Below, one piece after another: positions 40,024 to 44,981 of a stretch of 44,981 nucleotides of DNA. A program made the position numbers and the translations under genes. The notes under the pieces are model-generated. The model was not told the DNA's origin, made no database searches, and was given only the letters and a program-made list of their open reading frames with translations. The stretch spans positions 1 to 44,981 of the forward strand of contig JAEYZJ010000072.1 of the NCBI GenBank assembly GCA_023430705.1, given 5' to 3'. Each line of letters begins with the position of its first letter. The first letter of the stretch is position 1. The stretch comes from Pseudomonadota bacterium (GTDB lineage Bacteria > Pseudomonadota > Alphaproteobacteria > Rhizobiales > Devosiaceae).

Positions 40024-41142
40024 CCAGCTGAGGCCGAACAGCGGCCTCAGCACCTTCACCCGCCGGATGACCTCGTAGCCGAGCCCGCAGCCCGCTACGG
40101 TGCCGGCGACGATGAGGCCTGCTTCCGCCCACACCGGCAGCTGCCACGGGATCAGCCACGCCCCGAGCACGACTATGAGCGTCTGATGCAGGATGTAGTA
40201 GGGAAAGACCGCGGCGTTGAGGTAGCCGAGCATCGGGCTTGGCTGCCGGAGGTAGCGCTGCGCAAGGCCCGCGAGGCTGAGAATCACCGTCCAGGCATAG
40301 AGCACCTCGACCATGTCGTAGGCGTCGCCGAACACCCGGCCGGTCCGCATCGCGACGAGCAGCAGGCAGCAAATGGCCGCGAGGCTTCCCGCCAGCGGCA
40401 GCGCCCGCGCGACCGTGCGCCAGAACGCCTCGCTCTTTGCCGCGAACCAGCCCAGCAGCAGCACCGACAGGCTCGTCGCGTGGCTGAACCAGTCGTCGAC
40501 CAGCGCGTGCGTCACCGGGAACTCGTCGCCCATGGCGATGACGAGGAGCGCCAGCCAGATGGCCGGAACGGCGACCAGCGGCCAGCCGCCCGGCGCGCCT
40601 TCCATTCGGGCGAACCAGCCCTCGACGGGCGTCGCGAGCCGCCGCAGCAGCGGCAGCAGCGCCGCCAGCACCAGCGTGTAGACCAGCACATAGACCACGT
40701 ACCAGAGGTGGTTGTAGGTTGGCGTGATGATCGAGAAGCTGGCGCCGAAATCGAGATACCGGCCCCAGAACTGCAGGATGTCCGGGCCGGTCTCGCCCTT
40801 GTAGTGGAGCTCGTAGAAGGCCTGCGGCATCACCCACACGACGACGCCGAAGACGATCGGGATGCCCAGCCGGCGCAGCCGCTGCGGCAGCAGGCGCCCC
40901 ATCCGCGCCTTGTCCATGGCAAAGCGCAGCGCCACCCCGGAGATGAAGAACAGCAGGGTGAGGCGCCACGGATTGATCAGCACCATCACCGGCTCGAGCA
41001 GGCGCCCGGCATGCGGGCTTTTCACATGCCAGTCCCAGGTCACGTAGAACATGCCGATATGGTAGAAGATGAGCAGCCCGAAGGCGCCGGCACGCAGCCA
41101 GTCGAGGTCGTGGCGCCGGGCAGGATTGTGGTCCGCTGACAT
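39841..41142 (-). CDS. Acyltransferase family 3 (MdoC-like) membrane protein; last ~60 codons overlap cobW antisense
   Basis: RRHDLDWLR, FYHIG, LLFFISG, RLRRLGIP, HLWYVVY, FPYYILHQT and RPLFGL. ATG 41142 with GGAG RBS. Confidence 0.88.
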   Translation of the reverse strand: MSADHNPARRHDLDWLRAGAFGLLIFYHIGMFYVTWDWHVKSPHAGRLLEPVMVLINPWRLTLLFFISGVALRFAMDKARMGRLLPQRLRRLGIPIVFGVVVWVMPQAFYELHYKGETGPDILQFWGRYLDFGASFSIITPTYNHLWYVVYVLVYTLVLAALLPLLRRLATPVEGWFARMEGAPGGWPLVAVPAIWLALLVIAMGDEFPVTHALVDDWFSHATSLSVLLLGWFAAKSEAFWRTVARALPLAGSLAAICCLLLVAMRTGRVFGDAYDMVEVLYAWTVILSLAGLAQRYLRQPSPMLGYLNAAVFPYYILHQTLIVVLGAWLIPWQLPVWAEAGLIVAGTVAGCGLGYEVIRRVKVLRPLFGLSWSGGDRGGLLQAGSDRGAVERAFADHHERGLPLLAGLPRPVEIGADAGTNGLDGKPGGGAR

Positions 41143-41192
41143 GATGTCTCCGCTCGTGAAATTGCCGATGCAGGCCGGACTAGGGCGCCCCG

Positions 41193-41283
41193 TGGCGCGA
41201 GCCAACGCGCATGGTGCGACGGGCGGATCGGCGGGACGGACGGCGGCGCGCGTGACAGGCGGCGGCCATGGAGGGACGAATGG
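41193..41283. repeat. Array of five imperfect direct repeats between the acyltransferase and LytTR genes
   Basis: TGGCGCGAGCCAACG / TGGTGCGACGGGCGG / CGGCGGGACGGACGG / GCGCGTGACAGGCGG / TGGAGGGACGAATGG, with spacing 19, 17, 19 and 22 bp. Confidence 0.5.
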
Positions 41284-42115
41284 CAGCCCCTGAATCGGAC
41301 CGCGACCTCGACCGCCGCGTGCTGCGCCGTGTCTGCGCCATGGCCGCGCTGTTCCTTGTCGCCGTCACGATCATCAACGCCCTGACCCTCATCACCGAGG
41401 CGGAGCGTGCCGGCACGGCCTATGACGCGCGCGAGCCGTGGGTGCTCGAGATCACCAGCGTGCTCGCGCTCCTCGTGCTCGTGCCGCTGGTGGGGCTGTG
41501 GGAGCGCCGCTTTCCGTTCGGGCCCGAAACCTGGCGCACTGCGCTCGTCGCCCACCTCGGTGGCAGTGTCGCCTTCTCGGCCCTGCACATCGCGGGCCTG
41601 TGGGCGCTGCGCAGCCTGCTCTGGCCGCTCCTCTTCGGCGGCCCCTACACCTACTTCGCCGATGTCCCCAACGACCTGCTCTACGAGTACCGCAAGGACC
41701 TGCTGCCCTACGCGGTGATCATCCTGCTGCTCACCCTCGTGCGCAGCGTCGAGGAGCATCGCCGGGAGGCCGAGGCGGCCAGCAGCGAGGCGCGCGACAC
41801 CGGGCGGCTCACCTTCAGGACCGGCGGTCGCACGCTGTTCCTCGATGCCCGGTCGCTCGACTGGGCCGAGGCGGCCGGCAATTATGTCGAGATCCGCGCC
41901 AATGGCGCGACGCATCTCGCCCGGCTGAGCCTCACCGCACTCGAGCAGCAGTTGCGCGCCGCCGGCGTCGATGTCGCCCGGGTCCACCGCTCGCGCCTCG
42001 TCAACCGCGCCAAGGTGCGCGAGATCGCGCCCACCGCCGACGGCGACTTCCGCGTCAGGATGACCGACGGTACCGAACTCCGCGGCTCGCGCCGCTTCCG
42101 CACGGTGTTTGCCTG

Positions 42116-42116
<1 letters not shown>
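41280..42116 (+). CDS. Membrane-bound one-component LytTR-domain regulator
   Basis: About four TM segments followed by a LytTR domain (WAEAAGNYVEI, RVHRSRLVN, GSRRFR). No receiver domain. Confidence 0.88.

Positions 42117-44981
<2,865 letters not shown>

Noticed and set aside
41193..41283. Repeat array as a mini-CRISPR
   Set aside because: The repeats are short and degenerate, the spacers are only a few bp, and no cas genes are present.

Overview
GC-rich alphaproteobacterial chromosomal segment; gene content and style suggest Hyphomicrobiales, possibly Devosia-like (inference). It holds about 45 mostly housekeeping and metabolic genes. These are part of a reductive pyrimidine catabolism cluster (mmsA-like, beta-alanine:pyruvate aminotransferase, RutR-type TetR, preA/preT), rlpA, adenine deaminase, DUF1045-phnM-phnN, several oxidoreductases, dppABCDF, two c-di-GMP enzymes, zur-znuBC/znuA, a sugar ABC transporter and a B12-riboswitch-led cbtB-cbtA-cobW...cobN region. 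I found no tRNA, rRNA, CRISPR array, transposase or phage gene, and no clearly new multi-gene machine. The most interesting signals are structural and regulatory: (1) a divergent membrane-LytTR/acyltransferase-3 module with its own direct-repeat array lodged between cobW and cobN; (2) three in-frame palindromic-repeat insertions inside cobN, with a free intergenic relative; (3) the best RutR-type operator lying in front of dpp rather than the pyrimidine genes; (4) five GANTC sites in about 100 bp upstream of rlpA; (5) CtrA-type boxes in front of both c-di-GMP genes; (6) ECF-type promoters for unknown small or secreted proteins. All family assignments come from motif recognition by eye, not from database searches.
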